Positions 12,343 through 22,691 of a DNA stretch of 64,000 bases are shown one piece after another. Position numbers and translations under genes: made by a program. Each line of letters opens with the position of its first letter. The stretch's first letter is position 1. A model generated the notes under the pieces. That model searched no databases, had not been told where the DNA came from, and saw nothing but the letters and a program-made list of their open reading frames with translations. Source of the DNA: Myxococcota bacterium (GTDB taxonomy: Bacteria > Myxococcota_A > UBA796 > CAJQPC01); NCBI GenBank assembly GCA_036012755.1, contig DASCPX010000129.1, positions 96,001 through 160,000 on the forward strand, written 5' to 3'.

Positions 12343-13793
12343 GCGCGACTGTTCTCGCCATCGACGACGAGCCCGAGCTCCTCGGCAGCATCAGGAAGAT
12401 CCTCAGCCGGGAGGGGCTGCGGGTGTTGACCGCGTCCTCGGGCGAGCAGGGCCTGCTCCTGCTCCAGCAGGACGAGTCGCCCGATCTGGTGCTCACCGAC
12501 CTGATGATGCCCGGACTCGGCGGCATGGAGGTGCTTCGCAGCGTGCGCCGCCGCCACCCGGAGACCCCCGTCGTCGTGATGACGGCCTACGCCACGGTCG
12601 AGAACGCCGTCCAGTCGATCCGCGAGGGGGCATACGACGTCCTCACCAAGCCCTTCTCTCCCGACCAGCTGCTCCTGGTGGTCCAGCGGGCCGTCGAGCG
12701 TCGCCGGCTGCGGGTCGAGAACTCCGCCCTGCGCGCCCAGCTCGGGCGCGGCGAGAGCGACGGGCCTTCGCGCATCGTCGGCGAGTCCCAAGCCATCGAG
12801 CGGCTCCGGGAGCTGCTGCGTCGGGTGGGGCCCACGGAGCTCTCCGTCCTCATCACGGGCGAGTCCGGCACCGGGAAGGAGATCGTGGCGCAGGCTCTCC
12901 ACCTCGCCAGCAAGCGAGCGAAGAAGCCCTTCGTCCCGGTCGACTGCGCCGCCATCCCCGCCAACCTGATGGAGTCGGAGCTCTTCGGCCACGAGCGGGG
13001 CGCCTTCACCGGCGCGACCGGTCGTCGCAAGGGGCTGGTCGAGGCGGCGCACAAGGGCACCTTCTTCCTCGACGAGATCGGCGAGATGTCGCTGGATCTG
13101 CAGGTCAAGCTCCTGCGCCTGTTGCAGGAGCGGCAGTTCCGCCGGGTGGGCGGGACCGACATGCACGAGGTCGACCTGCGTGTGGTCGCGGCCACCAATC
13201 GCCAGCTGGACAAGATGGTCCGCGAGGGCGGCTTCCGCGAGGACCTCTTCCATCGCCTCAACGTCGTGCACGTTCACCTGCCCGCGCTGCGCGAGCGCCC
13301 GGAGGACGTGCCGATCCTCCTGCAGCACTTCGTCAAGCGCTGCGCCCTGGAGGCCGGGAGGGGTTCACTGCGACTCTCGAGCGACGTCGTCGACGCGCTC
13401 ACGCGCTACTCGTGGCCGGGCAACGTGCGCGAGCTGGTGAACTGTGCGCGCTATGTCGCTTCGCTGGCTCCTGGTCCAGAGGTGCGCCTGGCCGACCTGC
13501 CTCCGCGCCTGAAGGGGGTCGGAGGACCCGTGCCGCTGGCCTCTGAACAAGCTCGCGGCTCTCCCGGCTCTGCCGGCTCCGCCCTTGGCGAACCGGCGGC
13601 CATTCGCTACGACCTCCCCTACAAGAAGGCCAAGCGAATGTGGCTGGAGGTCTTCGAGTTCGCCTACATCACCTACCTGTTGAAGCGGCACGACAACAAC
13701 GTCTCCCACGCGGCTCGAGAGGCCGGCATCGACCGGAAGTCGATCCAACGGCTCATGAAGCGCAACAACATGAAGGGCACTCGGGATGAGTGA
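12339..13793 (+). CDS. Sigma54-dependent response regulator (NtrC family)
   Basis: REC domain, [22 protein letters not shown], Fis HTH. ATGA overlap with the kinase. Confidence 0.95.
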
Positions 13794-13811
13794 GCTATTC
13801 TCGGCGCCCTC

Positions 13812-15155
13812 GTGAGCGAAGTCACCAGCACCATCGCGGAGCCGCTCCGGCGGCAGATCCATCTCCGCAAGGGACGCCTCACCTGCGTCGCTGGTCCCGA
13901 CACGGGCGCCTCCTGGGAAGTGGACACAGACGTGCTCCACATCGGCGCCAAGGCCACCAACGACGTGATCCTCACCGACACCACCGTGAGCCGCCGCCAC
14001 GCAGAGGTCGTGCGCACCCGCGAGGGTGTGGTGCTTCGCGACTGCGGCTCCACCAATGGGACCTTCGTCGGGCCGATTCGCGTGAAGGAGGTCTTCCTCA
14101 CCCCCGAGATGAGCTTCCGGGTCGGCAAGACGGAGCTGTCGTTCTCTCCGACCGACGAGGTCATCGAGATCCGCCCCTCCAAGAAGCACCAACTCGACCA
14201 GATGGTCGGAGACGCTGTCGCGATGCGAGAGCTCTTCTCCATCATCGAGCGGGTGGCGCCGACGAACCTCACCTGCCTGATCACCGGAGAGACCGGCACC
14301 GGGAAGGAGCTGGCATCTCGCGCGGTCCACAACCTCTCACCCCGGAAGAACGGACCGTTTCGCGTCTTCGACTGCGGCGCGGCTCCGGAGACGCTCATCG
14401 AGTCCGAGCTCTTTGGCCACGAGAAGGGATCTTTCACCGGGGCAGTGCAGGCCCGCGAGGGCGTCTTCGAGGCCGCCCACCGCGGCACCATCTTCCTCGA
14501 CGAGATCGGAGAGCTCCCGCTCGACCTGCAGCCGAAGCTCCTACGCGTGCTGGAGCAGCGCGAGGTCCGCCGTGTCGGGTCGGGACGCACTCGCGCGGTC
14601 GACGTGCGGGTGGTCGCCGCCACCAACCGCAACCTGATCGAGGAGGTCCGCGGCGGCCGGTTCCGCGAGGATCTCTACTACCGCCTCGCCGTCGTCGAGC
14701 TCCACCTGCCCGCGCTCCGTGATCGGGTCGAGGACCTCCGCGCGCTGGTCGACCACATGCTGAAGCGGAACCAGGTCGAGCTGCAGGTGAGCGAGTCGGT
14801 GCTGGAGCTCTTCAAGGCCTACCACTGGCCCGGGAACGTGCGCGAGCTGGCGAACGTGGTCGAGCGCGCCATCCCGTTCACCGACGGCGAGGAGATCACC
14901 TTGCACGCCCTGCCGGATGCGCTGCGTTCACCCGGACCCGGCCGCGGACCCTCCGCCGCGGCGGTCGGTGCGAGCTCGAGCTCTGCCGACGTGCCCTTCA
15001 AGGACGCGAAGGTGAAGCTCATCGAGGCCTTCGAGCGCCAGTACCTGCTCGATCTCATCGACCGCCACGGCGGCAACGTGTCGAAGGCGGCTCGCGCCGC
15101 TGACATGGACCGGAAGTCCATCACCCGGCTCCTCAAGAAGCACGGGATCCGCTGA
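13812..15155 (+). CDS. FHA-domain sigma54 activator
   Basis: SRRH...GSTNGT FHA, GETGTGKE, GSFTGA, C-terminal HTH. Confidence 0.93.
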   Translation: MSEVTSTIAEPLRRQIHLRKGRLTCVAGPDTGASWEVDTDVLHIGAKATNDVILTDTTVSRRHAEVVRTREGVVLRDCGSTNGTFVGPIRVKEVFLTPEMSFRVGKTELSFSPTDEVIEIRPSKKHQLDQMVGDAVAMRELFSIIERVAPTNLTCLITGETGTGKELASRAVHNLSPRKNGPFRVFDCGAAPETLIESELFGHEKGSFTGAVQAREGVFEAAHRGTIFLDEIGELPLDLQPKLLRVLEQREVRRVGSGRTRAVDVRVVAATNRNLIEEVRGGRFREDLYYRLAVVELHLPALRDRVEDLRALVDHMLKRNQVELQVSESVLELFKAYHWPGNVRELANVVERAIPFTDGEEITLHALPDALRSPGPGRGPSAAAVGASSSSADVPFKDAKVKLIEAFERQYLLDLIDRHGGNVSKAARAADMDRKSITRLLKKHGIR

Positions 15156-15158
15156 GGG

Positions 15159-15611
15159 TCACCCGCGGCGCAGGAGCCTCTTCAACAGCGAGCGTCTGCC
15201 CAGCGGCGCCTCCTCGACCGGTCGTCTTCCCGCGAGCACCGCGCGGATCCACGCGACGAGGCGCTCGTCCGAGAGTTGGCCTCGCGCGTAGCCCTCCGCG
15301 GTCTCCATGACCTCTTCGGCGGAGCCCGCCCCCATCGGGTCGATGACGGCCACCGGAGTCGGTCGAAGGTCGGTCTTCAGGGTTCGGCAGAGGCTGATCG
15401 CTCCCCTGGGGTTTCGGGGGTCCACGGCGACGATGACGAGCTCCGGCGCAAGATCCCGCACCCTCTTCATGGCGGTGCGCGAGGGATCGTCGGGGAGCAC
15501 CCGAAACTCGTCCCGAAGGGCGCCGATGAGCGCCAGCCTATGGCCAGGGTCCCCCACGAGGACCAGCAGGCTCGGTCGCGGTTGGCTGTTCGTCACGGCT
15601 ACAAGCGCCAT
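15159..15611 (-). CDS. Atypical receiver-domain-like protein
   Basis: CheY-like pattern (APELVIVAVD, LCRTLK, PVAVI) lacking the canonical acidic residues. Start uncertain (15611 or 15596). Confidence 0.55.
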   Translation of the reverse strand: MALVAVTNSQPRPSLLVLVGDPGHRLALIGALRDEFRVLPDDPSRTAMKRVRDLAPELVIVAVDPRNPRGAISLCRTLKTDLRPTPVAVIDPMGAGSAEEVMETAEGYARGQLSDERLVAWIRAVLAGRRPVEEAPLGRRSLLKRLLRRG

Positions 15612-15656
15612 GGTAGCGTGCGGAGCACCCTGAACAGATGCTGGAGTCCACTCTTC

Positions 15657-16160
15657 ATGAGCAACCGTCTGCAGGATATCCAGGTCGAGCTGAGGTCCAT
15701 CCTGGATGCTCGGTTGGCCGAGCTGACAAAGGTCATCTCGGAGACCGAGAAGACGACCCGCGACATCGTCTCCGCCGAGCTCGAGATAGCCCGCACGACG
15801 CAGGCGGCCGAGGGGCTGGAGTCGGAGGCCGAGCGCCTGAAGAAGGACGCCGCGTCGATCAGGGCGCGCACCGCCGACATCACGAAGAGCCACTCCAAGC
15901 GGGTGGAGGAGCGCGACCTCTTGAAGCTGGAGCTGGAGGGCCTCGAGAAGGATGGCAGCGAGCTTAGAAAGGAGGTCACGAGCCTGGAGAAGAAGGTCAA
16001 GAGAGCAGAGGAGCGGAGCTCCAAGCTCGCTGCCGACAAGGACAACCTGGAGAGCAAGCTCAAGGAGCTTCGTGAGCAGATCGCGAAGATGAAGAAGCTG
16101 AAGGCCGACCTGATGAGCTCGATGAGGGGGAACATGAGCGAGCTCACCGGGGGCGACTAG
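15657..16160 (+). CDS. Coiled-coil protein
   Basis: Continuous E/K/L heptads; GGAG RBS at 15643. Confidence 0.8.
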   Translation: MSNRLQDIQVELRSILDARLAELTKVISETEKTTRDIVSAELEIARTTQAAEGLESEAERLKKDAASIRARTADITKSHSKRVEERDLLKLELEGLEKDGSELRKEVTSLEKKVKRAEERSSKLAADKDNLESKLKELREQIAKMKKLKADLMSSMRGNMSELTGGD

Positions 16161-16290
16161 TGCCCCTCGGCAGAAGTCGCGACGCGCCTTCCACCGGCGC
16201 CTTCGGCGCGCGCCGCGGCGCGGCGCTGGGGCACTCGTTTCCTTCCAGGGGGGCCCCTCCCCCCGGGCCTACGGCCCTCCCCCCGTCGCA
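16158..16290. repeat. Intergenic REP-like palindromic/C-tract element
   Basis: agtgcccc...ggggcact stem, then two CCCTCCCCCCG copies flanking GGGCC-TAC-GGCCC. Confidence 0.45.
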
Positions 16291-16331
16291 GCCCCGACTG
16301 CGTCGGAACTTACGCGGGAGAGAACTAGTCA

Positions 16332-18122
16332 ATGGCGCGTAAGGGCTCCAAGAAGCCGGGGGCCGACGACGCGCTGGCGGCGGCGCTCGCACTTCGGGAT
16401 GTGCTGTCGACTGCCGCCGGCACCCTTGCGGTCCTGAAGACCCAGGGAGTCTCCCTGGAGGCCATCCACGACTCCGAGAGGGTCCGCTACGAGGCCTACG
16501 GCTCACGCTTCGACAAGCTCGCTCGCCGGGCCCGCTTCCTGCGCATCCGCTGCGAGGTCTACTCTTCCGTCGAGTGGCCCTCGCTGGACATCGAGTCCCT
16601 CGAGCGCACGGTGGACATCAAGGAGCCGCCTGCTCCGGTCGCTGCCGAGGTCATCGAGTTCTTCGAAGACAACGATGAGAACACCACGCCGCTGCCGGAC
16701 GTCTCGGACCGGACGGATCCGCATGGCTTCGAGGACGACGAGGCCACCGTCCTTCACACGCCCGTGGAGGGACCGGCCACGCTCGTCCCTGAGACGTCCG
16801 CCGACCAGGAGGGCAGCGTCGATCTTGACGCGAGCCTGGAGGCCGAGCTGGTGGACGATCTCGGCGAGGCCAGCGTGGACATCGTCGAGGATGAGTCCGC
16901 GAGTGATGACGAGATCGCACCGGAACCGGAGCCGGAACCGGAGCCGGAAGCGGAACCGGAAGCGGAAGCGGAACCTGGTGCTGTCTTCGAGCCGCGCGTG
17001 GTCGAACAGGTCGTGGTCGAACAGGTCGTGGTCGATCCTCTGCCCGTCGTCGAGGAAGACCCGGAACCTGAGCCTGAGCCCGAGCCTGAGCCGGAACCTG
17101 AAGCGGAGCTGGAGCCGGAACCTGAACCTGAACCTGATCCAGCCGGGATCGTGGATGTCGACCAGGTCGCAACGGAGATGGAGACCTTCGACCCGGTGGA
17201 GGCGGTCCTCTTCGAGGTCGACGCCGGCGCACGGGACGACACCGGCGTTCACAGCGGGAACGACAACCCCGCGAACCTCGTGGACGAGCTCGGCAAGACC
17301 ATCCTGCCGACCATCAAGGACCGCTCGAGCGGCACGGGCCCCGTGGCGGCAGCGGCCGTCCAGATGAACCCGGATGGGAGCGCCACGGCCATCGGGGGAG
17401 AGGACGAAGACGAGGACATCGAGCTCGCGCTCGGTGACGCGGGTCCTGAGTACGATGCGATGCCCGTGGCGGATTCCGGCTTCGCCTTCGAGCACGAGGA
17501 GCCCGAGTACGAGGACGACGAGGAGTCCCAGGACCTCCCCAAGGCCCCGAAGCTGACGCCGGACGAGCCCGCCTACTCCAACTACCACGACGGCAGCGTC
17601 GAGCTGACCGGCGACGACATCTCGCAGATCGAGGAGGTGGACGAGGGCAGGATCCGGACCCTCGAGGAGCAGGCCCAGGAGGCCCTCGAGCGGGGCGACC
17701 TTCACGCGGCCGCGACCTCCTACAGCGATCTCCTCGAGCTCGATCCGACCAACCTCGACGCCTACCTCGGGCGTGGCCGTTGCTACCTCGATCTCGGCGA
17801 CTACGCGGCCGCGATGTCGGACTTCCAGAAGGGCGAGGACCTCGACCCGGAGGGACCGGAGAGCCTGGTGGCCATGGGCGAGCTCTTCTTCGCGCGCAAG
17901 GAATACAGCCGGGCCATCGAGTTCTTCGATCAGGCCATCGAGCTCGACGGCTCGCACGCCATGGCGCGCTGTCGGCGAGGCATCTCCTACTACTACAAGA
18001 AGAGCTACCGCCAGGCGTTCCTGGACTTGCAGAAGGCCTACACGCTGGACCCGGAGATCCCGAACATCCGCAAGTACGTCCAGATGGCCATCAAGAAGCT
18101 GGAGCGGTCCGGCGAGGGCTGA
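16332..18122 (+). CDS. TPR protein with long acidic, Glu-Pro-repeat linker
   Basis: About four C-terminal TPRs; (EP)n tracts and VVEQ repeats at 16920-17140. Confidence 0.85.
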   Translation: MARKGSKKPGADDALAAALALRDVLSTAAGTLAVLKTQGVSLEAIHDSERVRYEAYGSRFDKLARRARFLRIRCEVYSSVEWPSLDIESLERTVDIKEPPAPVAAEVIEFFEDNDENTTPLPDVSDRTDPHGFEDDEATVLHTPVEGPATLVPETSADQEGSVDLDASLEAELVDDLGEASVDIVEDESASDDEIAPEPEPEPEPEAEPEAEAEPGAVFEPRVVEQVVVEQVVVDPLPVVEEDPEPEPEPEPEPEPEAELEPEPEPEPDPAGIVDVDQVATEMETFDPVEAVLFEVDAGARDDTGVHSGNDNPANLVDELGKTILPTIKDRSSGTGPVAAAAVQMNPDGSATAIGGEDEDEDIELALGDAGPEYDAMPVADSGFAFEHEEPEYEDDEESQDLPKAPKLTPDEPAYSNYHDGSVELTGDDISQIEEVDEGRIRTLEEQAQEALERGDLHAAATSYSDLLELDPTNLDAYLGRGRCYLDLGDYAAAMSDFQKGEDLDPEGPESLVAMGELFFARKEYSRAIEFFDQAIELDGSHAMARCRRGISYYYKKSYRQAFLDLQKAYTLDPEIPNIRKYVQMAIKKLERSGEG

Positions 18123-18232
18123 ACTCCGGGTGCGTAAGCGCCTTCGCGGGAGCCTCCTGCCAAGCGCGTAGTCGCGTTCGCGCTTCGTCTTTTCCAGACG
18201 GCCAAGACCCTGGAATCAGGATCCCAGAGGAG

Positions 18233-18249
18233 TTGGCATGGTCCCTGCA
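18233..18249 (+). promoter_or_regulatory. Sigma54 (-24/-12) promoter
   Basis: TTGGCATG-GTCC-CTGCA with exact GG-N10-GC spacing, intergenic, upstream of a small ORF. Confidence 0.7.
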
Positions 18250-18283
18250 GTAGGACCGGCGAACGATAGCTGGACGCGTCCGC

Positions 18284-18472
18284 ATGATCCCGATGACCGA
18301 GACCAAGAACGACCTCTTCAAGAACCGGAACCGTACGGTGGCGCGCTCGTTCTACCGGCACCTGAAGGCCGAGGGCTTCTCGCACGAGCAGATCATCGAG
18401 CTCTCCACGACGCTCCTGGATCTGGTCGCCAGCGATCTGCAGCAGCGCAAGGCCGAGGTCCAGGCCAAGTAG
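18284..18472 (+). CDS. Small helical hypothetical protein (59-62 aa)
   Basis: Host-like codon usage; amphipathic ARSFYRHLKAEGFSHEQIIEL. Start 18284 or 18293. Confidence 0.75.
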   Translation: MIPMTETKNDLFKNRNRTVARSFYRHLKAEGFSHEQIIELSTTLLDLVASDLQQRKAEVQAK

Positions 18473-18475
18473 GCC

Positions 18476-19378
18476 TCAGTCCGGCTTCAGCACCGTCATC
18501 AGCTCTCGCCACTCCCGAGGGCTCATCCCGCTGCCCTCCTGGTGGACGTCCTCGCCCCTGATCATGCGGCGGACGACCTCGATCGACGCGCGTGACAGAA
18601 AGGCGCCCTGCAGGCGGTAGTCGACGAAGGCCTCCCAGGCGTGGGGGACCCAGGCTTGGACGAACTGCGCGATGGCCTCGCCGTAGACGCGGATCTCGTA
18701 CTGGGCGTGGGGGTGCATCCGCAGCGACAGGAAGTGCAGCAGGTTGTGGAGGTCGATCTTCCAGTACCACTGGGTGTAGTAGTTGACCGGGAGGTCCATC
18801 CTGGCGAGCTCGCGGGCGAGCTGGTGCTCCTCCATGAGCTCTTCATAGGTGTCGTAGCTCTGCAGCGCGTCGCGCTTGAGCAGCTCGAGGACCTGGGCCG
18901 CAGCCTCGGGCTCGAGGGTCTCGCCGCGGCCTTGCTTGTTGTCCTTCGACTGGACCGCCAGCTGCTCGGGTGCCGGGATGTAGAACTCCTTGTCGAGCAC
19001 CGAGTACCGGGCGCTGTACTCGTTCACGTTCGCCGTGCGATGGCGAATCCACTGCCTCGCGACGAAGATGGGCAGCTTGCAGTGGAGCTTGATCTCGGCC
19101 ATCTCCAGGGGGGTCGTGTGGCGATGGCGCATGAGGTAGCGGATCAGCCCGCGGTCCTGGCGCATCTTCTTCGTACCCCGGCCGTAGCTGACCCTGGCAG
19201 CCTGCACGATGGCGGAGTCGTCGCCCATGTAGTCGACGCAGCGGACGAAGCCGTGGTCGAGGCATGGGATCGGCTCGTAGAGCATCTCTTCCAGCGCAGG
19301 CACCGTCGCGCGCCTGGTCTCGTGGCGCTGCGCCTTGGCCTCGTCGATGGCCTCGCGCATGTCTCCACTGAGCTTCAT
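18476..19378 (-). CDS. thyX: FAD-dependent thymidylate synthase
   Basis: [37 protein letters not shown]. Confidence 0.96.
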   Translation of the reverse strand: MKLSGDMREAIDEAKAQRHETRRATVPALEEMLYEPIPCLDHGFVRCVDYMGDDSAIVQAARVSYGRGTKKMRQDRGLIRYLMRHRHTTPLEMAEIKLHCKLPIFVARQWIRHRTANVNEYSARYSVLDKEFYIPAPEQLAVQSKDNKQGRGETLEPEAAAQVLELLKRDALQSYDTYEELMEEHQLARELARMDLPVNYYTQWYWKIDLHNLLHFLSLRMHPHAQYEIRVYGEAIAQFVQAWVPHAWEAFVDYRLQGAFLSRASIEVVRRMIRGEDVHQEGSGMSPREWRELMTVLKPD

Positions 19379-19423
19379 GGACCTCTCCAGCGGGGTAGAG
19401 TCCCTAACCCCCGTGGAGGAACG

Positions 19424-20548
19424 ATGACGCCCGAAGCCTTCGCCGAAGAGGCCACGAAAGCTCTCGGAAACGGAGACGCCGAGCAGGCGCTGGAGTGGAT
19501 GGGTCGCGCCGTCGAGTCCTCTGAGCACCCGCGGCCTGATCTCGAGCACGGCATGGCGGTCATCCTGCTCCAGCTGGGCCGACCCGGCGAGGCCCTGCCG
19601 CACCTGGAGAGCGCCCTGGAGCTCGCCTGGGAGGCCAACGTGCCGGGGGCCTTCCTGGCCCACATCCACACGGCGCTGGCCGCGGCGCACGAAGACCTCG
19701 ACCATCCAGGGCGCGCCTTGGAGATCTACGACAAGCTCTACGACATCGACGCCCGTCACGAGGCCCGCTCGAGCCACGCCCACCTGCTGCTCGGCATGGG
19801 GCGAACGGACGAAGGCATCGAGGAGCTCGGGCGCTACCTCGAGCTCGCGGACGTGGCGGACGAGTTCAAGGAAGCGGCGTCCAGCTTCATGAAGGACGTC
19901 GTGGACTTCCGCGACGACTGCGACCCCCGCGAGCTCCTCGGGGCCCACCGCGGCGGCTACGTCGAGTTCTTCGACGCCAAGGCGGCGGAGATGGCCGAGC
20001 AGGGCTGGATCGCCGAACCGGCCCGAATGACCCGGGCGCCGGACGGGCGGCTGTTGCCCGTCATCCCAGAAGGTGCCCGCCCCTACGCTGCGGTCCGTGT
20101 CGACCTCGCCAGCCCCGAAGGTGGCGCCGGCCAGATCGGCGATCAGCCCATGATCGTGGCGCTGGCAGGCTTCGAGACCCTCGCCCAGGCTCCGGTCTCC
20201 TTCCTGGACAAGACGCAGCCCTTTCCGATCTGGATCGCATCCCAGTGCCCGTGGGACCAGATGCCCATCACGGTCGTCGTGGGTCGCGGCGACGCAGAGG
20301 AGCTGGTCGAGCCCATCGTCGCCGAGTGGTACACAGCCGGCTTCAACGGTGCCTTCGGAAGCGCCGAGCTGGGTCGCTTCCACTACATCAGCGACCCCGA
20401 GCCCACCCACGATGGCCGCGGGGTGCGCTTCCACGTCGACCTCGGGCGCGCCGAGCTGCGCTGCATCGACGCCCTCATCGACGCTCTGGTGCCGGTCCAC
20501 TCGGTCCATGGCGTCGACAAGCTGCTGTTTGGACGAGGTCACGCCTGA
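19424..20548 (+). CDS. TPR protein with C-terminal DUF3531-like domain
   Basis: N-terminal TPRs; C-terminal [10 protein letters not shown]...FH...VDLG...IDALIDAL...LLFG; GGAGG RBS. Confidence 0.7.
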   Translation: MTPEAFAEEATKALGNGDAEQALEWMGRAVESSEHPRPDLEHGMAVILLQLGRPGEALPHLESALELAWEANVPGAFLAHIHTALAAAHEDLDHPGRALEIYDKLYDIDARHEARSSHAHLLLGMGRTDEGIEELGRYLELADVADEFKEAASSFMKDVVDFRDDCDPRELLGAHRGGYVEFFDAKAAEMAEQGWIAEPARMTRAPDGRLLPVIPEGARPYAAVRVDLASPEGGAGQIGDQPMIVALAGFETLAQAPVSFLDKTQPFPIWIASQCPWDQMPITVVVGRGDAEELVEPIVAEWYTAGFNGAFGSAELGRFHYISDPEPTHDGRGVRFHVDLGRAELRCIDALIDALVPVHSVHGVDKLLFGRGHA

Positions 20549-20985
20549 GGGCCCTGCTCTGGGAGGCCCTGCGGATCGCCGGTGCTCTCGGCCTGTTCTT
20601 GGGAGTGATCCTCTGTGCGACCTTCCTCCCGGCTGCCGACTTCGGCTCCGATGGGGACGGGGCATCAAAGGCACCCTGCGAGGTCCTGTCCAACACCAGC
20701 TCCAGCTACTCGGACGAGGGTGGGCAGATCTACGAGCTCGTCTTCGACCACGAGGGCGGCCAGGGCGTCGCCTACACCTATGACGCCGAGCTCATGGGCT
20801 CGACCACCTGCATGCAGCCCAATGGGGCTCCGGAGCGCATCCGCCCGGTCGGCTCTGAGATGAAGCCCTTCGGCGCCGAGACGCTGTTCGTCCTCGTCTT
20901 CGTCCTCGGCGGGCTCGCGATGATCATCGGCGCCACCGTGATGAAGCGGCGTCACATCGCCAGGATCATGGAAGGCACCGAGTAG
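20545..20985 (+). CDS. Two-TM membrane protein
   Basis: Two hydrophobic segments around a small beta domain. Probable CTG start in a CTGA overlap. Confidence 0.65.
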   Translation: MRALLWEALRIAGALGLFLGVILCATFLPAADFGSDGDGASKAPCEVLSNTSSSYSDEGGQIYELVFDHEGGQGVAYTYDAELMGSTTCMQPNGAPERIRPVGSEMKPFGAETLFVLVFVLGGLAMIIGATVMKRRHIARIMEGTE

Positions 20986-21002
20986 TCAGCAGAGGAACAG
21001 GA

Positions 21003-22691
21003 TCATGCGGGAAGGCCTACCCGATCCCGGGCCTCCATGCGCCCGTAGATCCTGCGATACGCGCCGTCCTGGGTGACCAGATCTTCGTGCCTGCCGGTCT
21101 GCACGATGCGGCCCTGTTCCAGCACGAGCACTCGATCCGCGCGCTGGATCGTGGCCCTCCTGTGGGTCACGACGACCGTCGCCATGCCTCCGATGCGCTC
21201 CTCCAGGGCCTGCCAGAAGGCGGCCTCGGTGTCGGCGTCCAGCGCCGCTGTGGCATCGTCCAACAGGAGCACGTCGGGCTCGCCGACCAGCGCACGGGCC
21301 AGGGCCACGCGCTGCTGTTGACCACCGGACAGCGTCACGCCGCGCTCGCCGACCCAGGTGTCGAGGCCCTCCGAGAACGCAGGCAGATCCTGCTCCAGGC
21401 GCGAGATGCGAAGGGCCGCGTCGAGGTCCCCCTCCCGCCCGAGCATGATGTTCTCCGACAGCGGAGCCGACAGGAGCACCGGGTCCTGGGGCACGACCGC
21501 GAGCTCGAGGCCCACCCGTCGGGAGCCAGAGCTCGGACGGGCGCCGCTGATTGCATGCACGAGCGTGGTCTTGCCCGCGCCGACCGCGCCGACGACCGCG
21601 ACGATCTCGCCCGGGCTGACGACGAAGTCGACCTCGCGAAGCAAGGTCGCGCCGTCCTCGCTGATGACAGAGGCCCCGCGGAGCTCGACGCCTCCGCCCT
21701 CGGGTGGGTCGTCGAGGGCTTCGTCGCCGGGGGCCTCGTCCAGCAGTCCGTCGAGTCGCCGCAGCGCTGTCGCGGTCTGCTTGTAGCGGGAGAGGAACAT
21801 GCCGACATCGAACATCGGCCAGATGAGGACGTTGACGAGGCCCTCGAAGGTGATGAACTCGCCGAGGGTGAGCTCCTCGCCGAGCACATGGAGCCCGCCG
21901 GCGAGCAGCAGCGCGACCAGCGCGATCTGCCAGCCGTAGCCATAGAGCAGGAGCACCCCCTGCTGGACCCGCTGGGTCTGGACCTCCGCGTGTTCCTGGC
22001 GCTCGATCTGGCCGGCGAAGCGACTCCGGGCCTGGGCCACGAGGCGGCAGGCCTGCACGATGCGGATGCCCCCGAAGGTGCTGGTCAGCTCGTCGTTGAT
22101 CCCGCTGATGGCCTGCTGGACAGCAAGGAAGCGCTTGCCCAGCGCATCCTGGGCGAAGGCCTGGAGTCCGAGGAGGACAGGGAGGGGCAACAGGATCCAC
22201 AACGTCAGCTGCCAGTCGATCGAGGCCATGGCCACCACGCAGGCAAGGACGATGAGCGTGGCCTCGTAGGTCCGGAAGACGCCGGAGCAGAGGAACCAGC
22301 TGATCTTGTCGCCGGCGTCGTCGGTCAGGCGGGTCACCACGTCGCCGGTGCGCCAGCGTCGGTAGAAGCTCTCGTCGAGCCGCGAGAGGTGACCGAAGAC
22401 CACGGTGCGCGCCCGCCACTGGAGCCGCGCGTTCATGTAGCTCCTGGTGCCCTGCAGGAAGACATAGAGCAGGCGGTGGCTGACACCGAGCAGCGCGAGC
22501 CAGAGGGCGATCTCGCGCAGGGTCGCGGCCTCGCCGCTGCCGATGGCGTCGACGATGTACTGCCAGAGCCAGGGAAACGCGGTGACCAGCACAGCGCTCC
22601 CGAGGGACAGCACGAGCACGATGCCCAGACCCACCGGCGAGCCCTTCCAGAGCGCGAGGCCCCAACGCCAGACGACGCGCAGGTCGCTCAT
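21003..22691 (-). CDS. ABC exporter half (TMD+NBD), degenerate Walker B
   Basis: GAVGAGKT, LSGGQ, LLLDD; ATGA overlap. Confidence 0.92.
   Translation of the reverse strand: MSDLRVVWRWGLALWKGSPVGLGIVLVLSLGSAVLVTAFPWLWQYIVDAIGSGEAATLREIALWLALLGVSHRLLYVFLQGTRSYMNARLQWRARTVVFGHLSRLDESFYRRWRTGDVVTRLTDDAGDKISWFLCSGVFRTYEATLIVLACVVAMASIDWQLTLWILLPLPVLLGLQAFAQDALGKRFLAVQQAISGINDELTSTFGGIRIVQACRLVAQARSRFAGQIERQEHAEVQTQRVQQGVLLLYGYGWQIALVALLLAGGLHVLGEELTLGEFITFEGLVNVLIWPMFDVGMFLSRYKQTATALRRLDGLLDEAPGDEALDDPPEGGGVELRGASVISEDGATLLREVDFVVSPGEIVAVVGAVGAGKTTLVHAISGARPSSGSRRVGLELAVVPQDPVLLSAPLSENIMLGREGDLDAALRISRLEQDLPAFSEGLDTWVGERGVTLSGGQQQRVALARALVGEPDVLLLDDATAALDADTEAAFWQALEERIGGMATVVVTHRRATIQRADRVLVLEQGRIVQTGRHEDLVTQDGAYRRIYGRMEARDRVGLPA

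Noticed and set aside
16305..16333. GGAACTT-N16-GTCAA ECF-sigma-like promoter
   Set aside because: The implied TSS falls downstream of ATG 16332, which has its own RBS; probably coincidental.
16920..17140. Dense 6-bp and 15-bp tandem repeats
   Set aside because: In-frame coding repeats (Glu-Pro, VVEQV) within the TPR protein, with no spacers.
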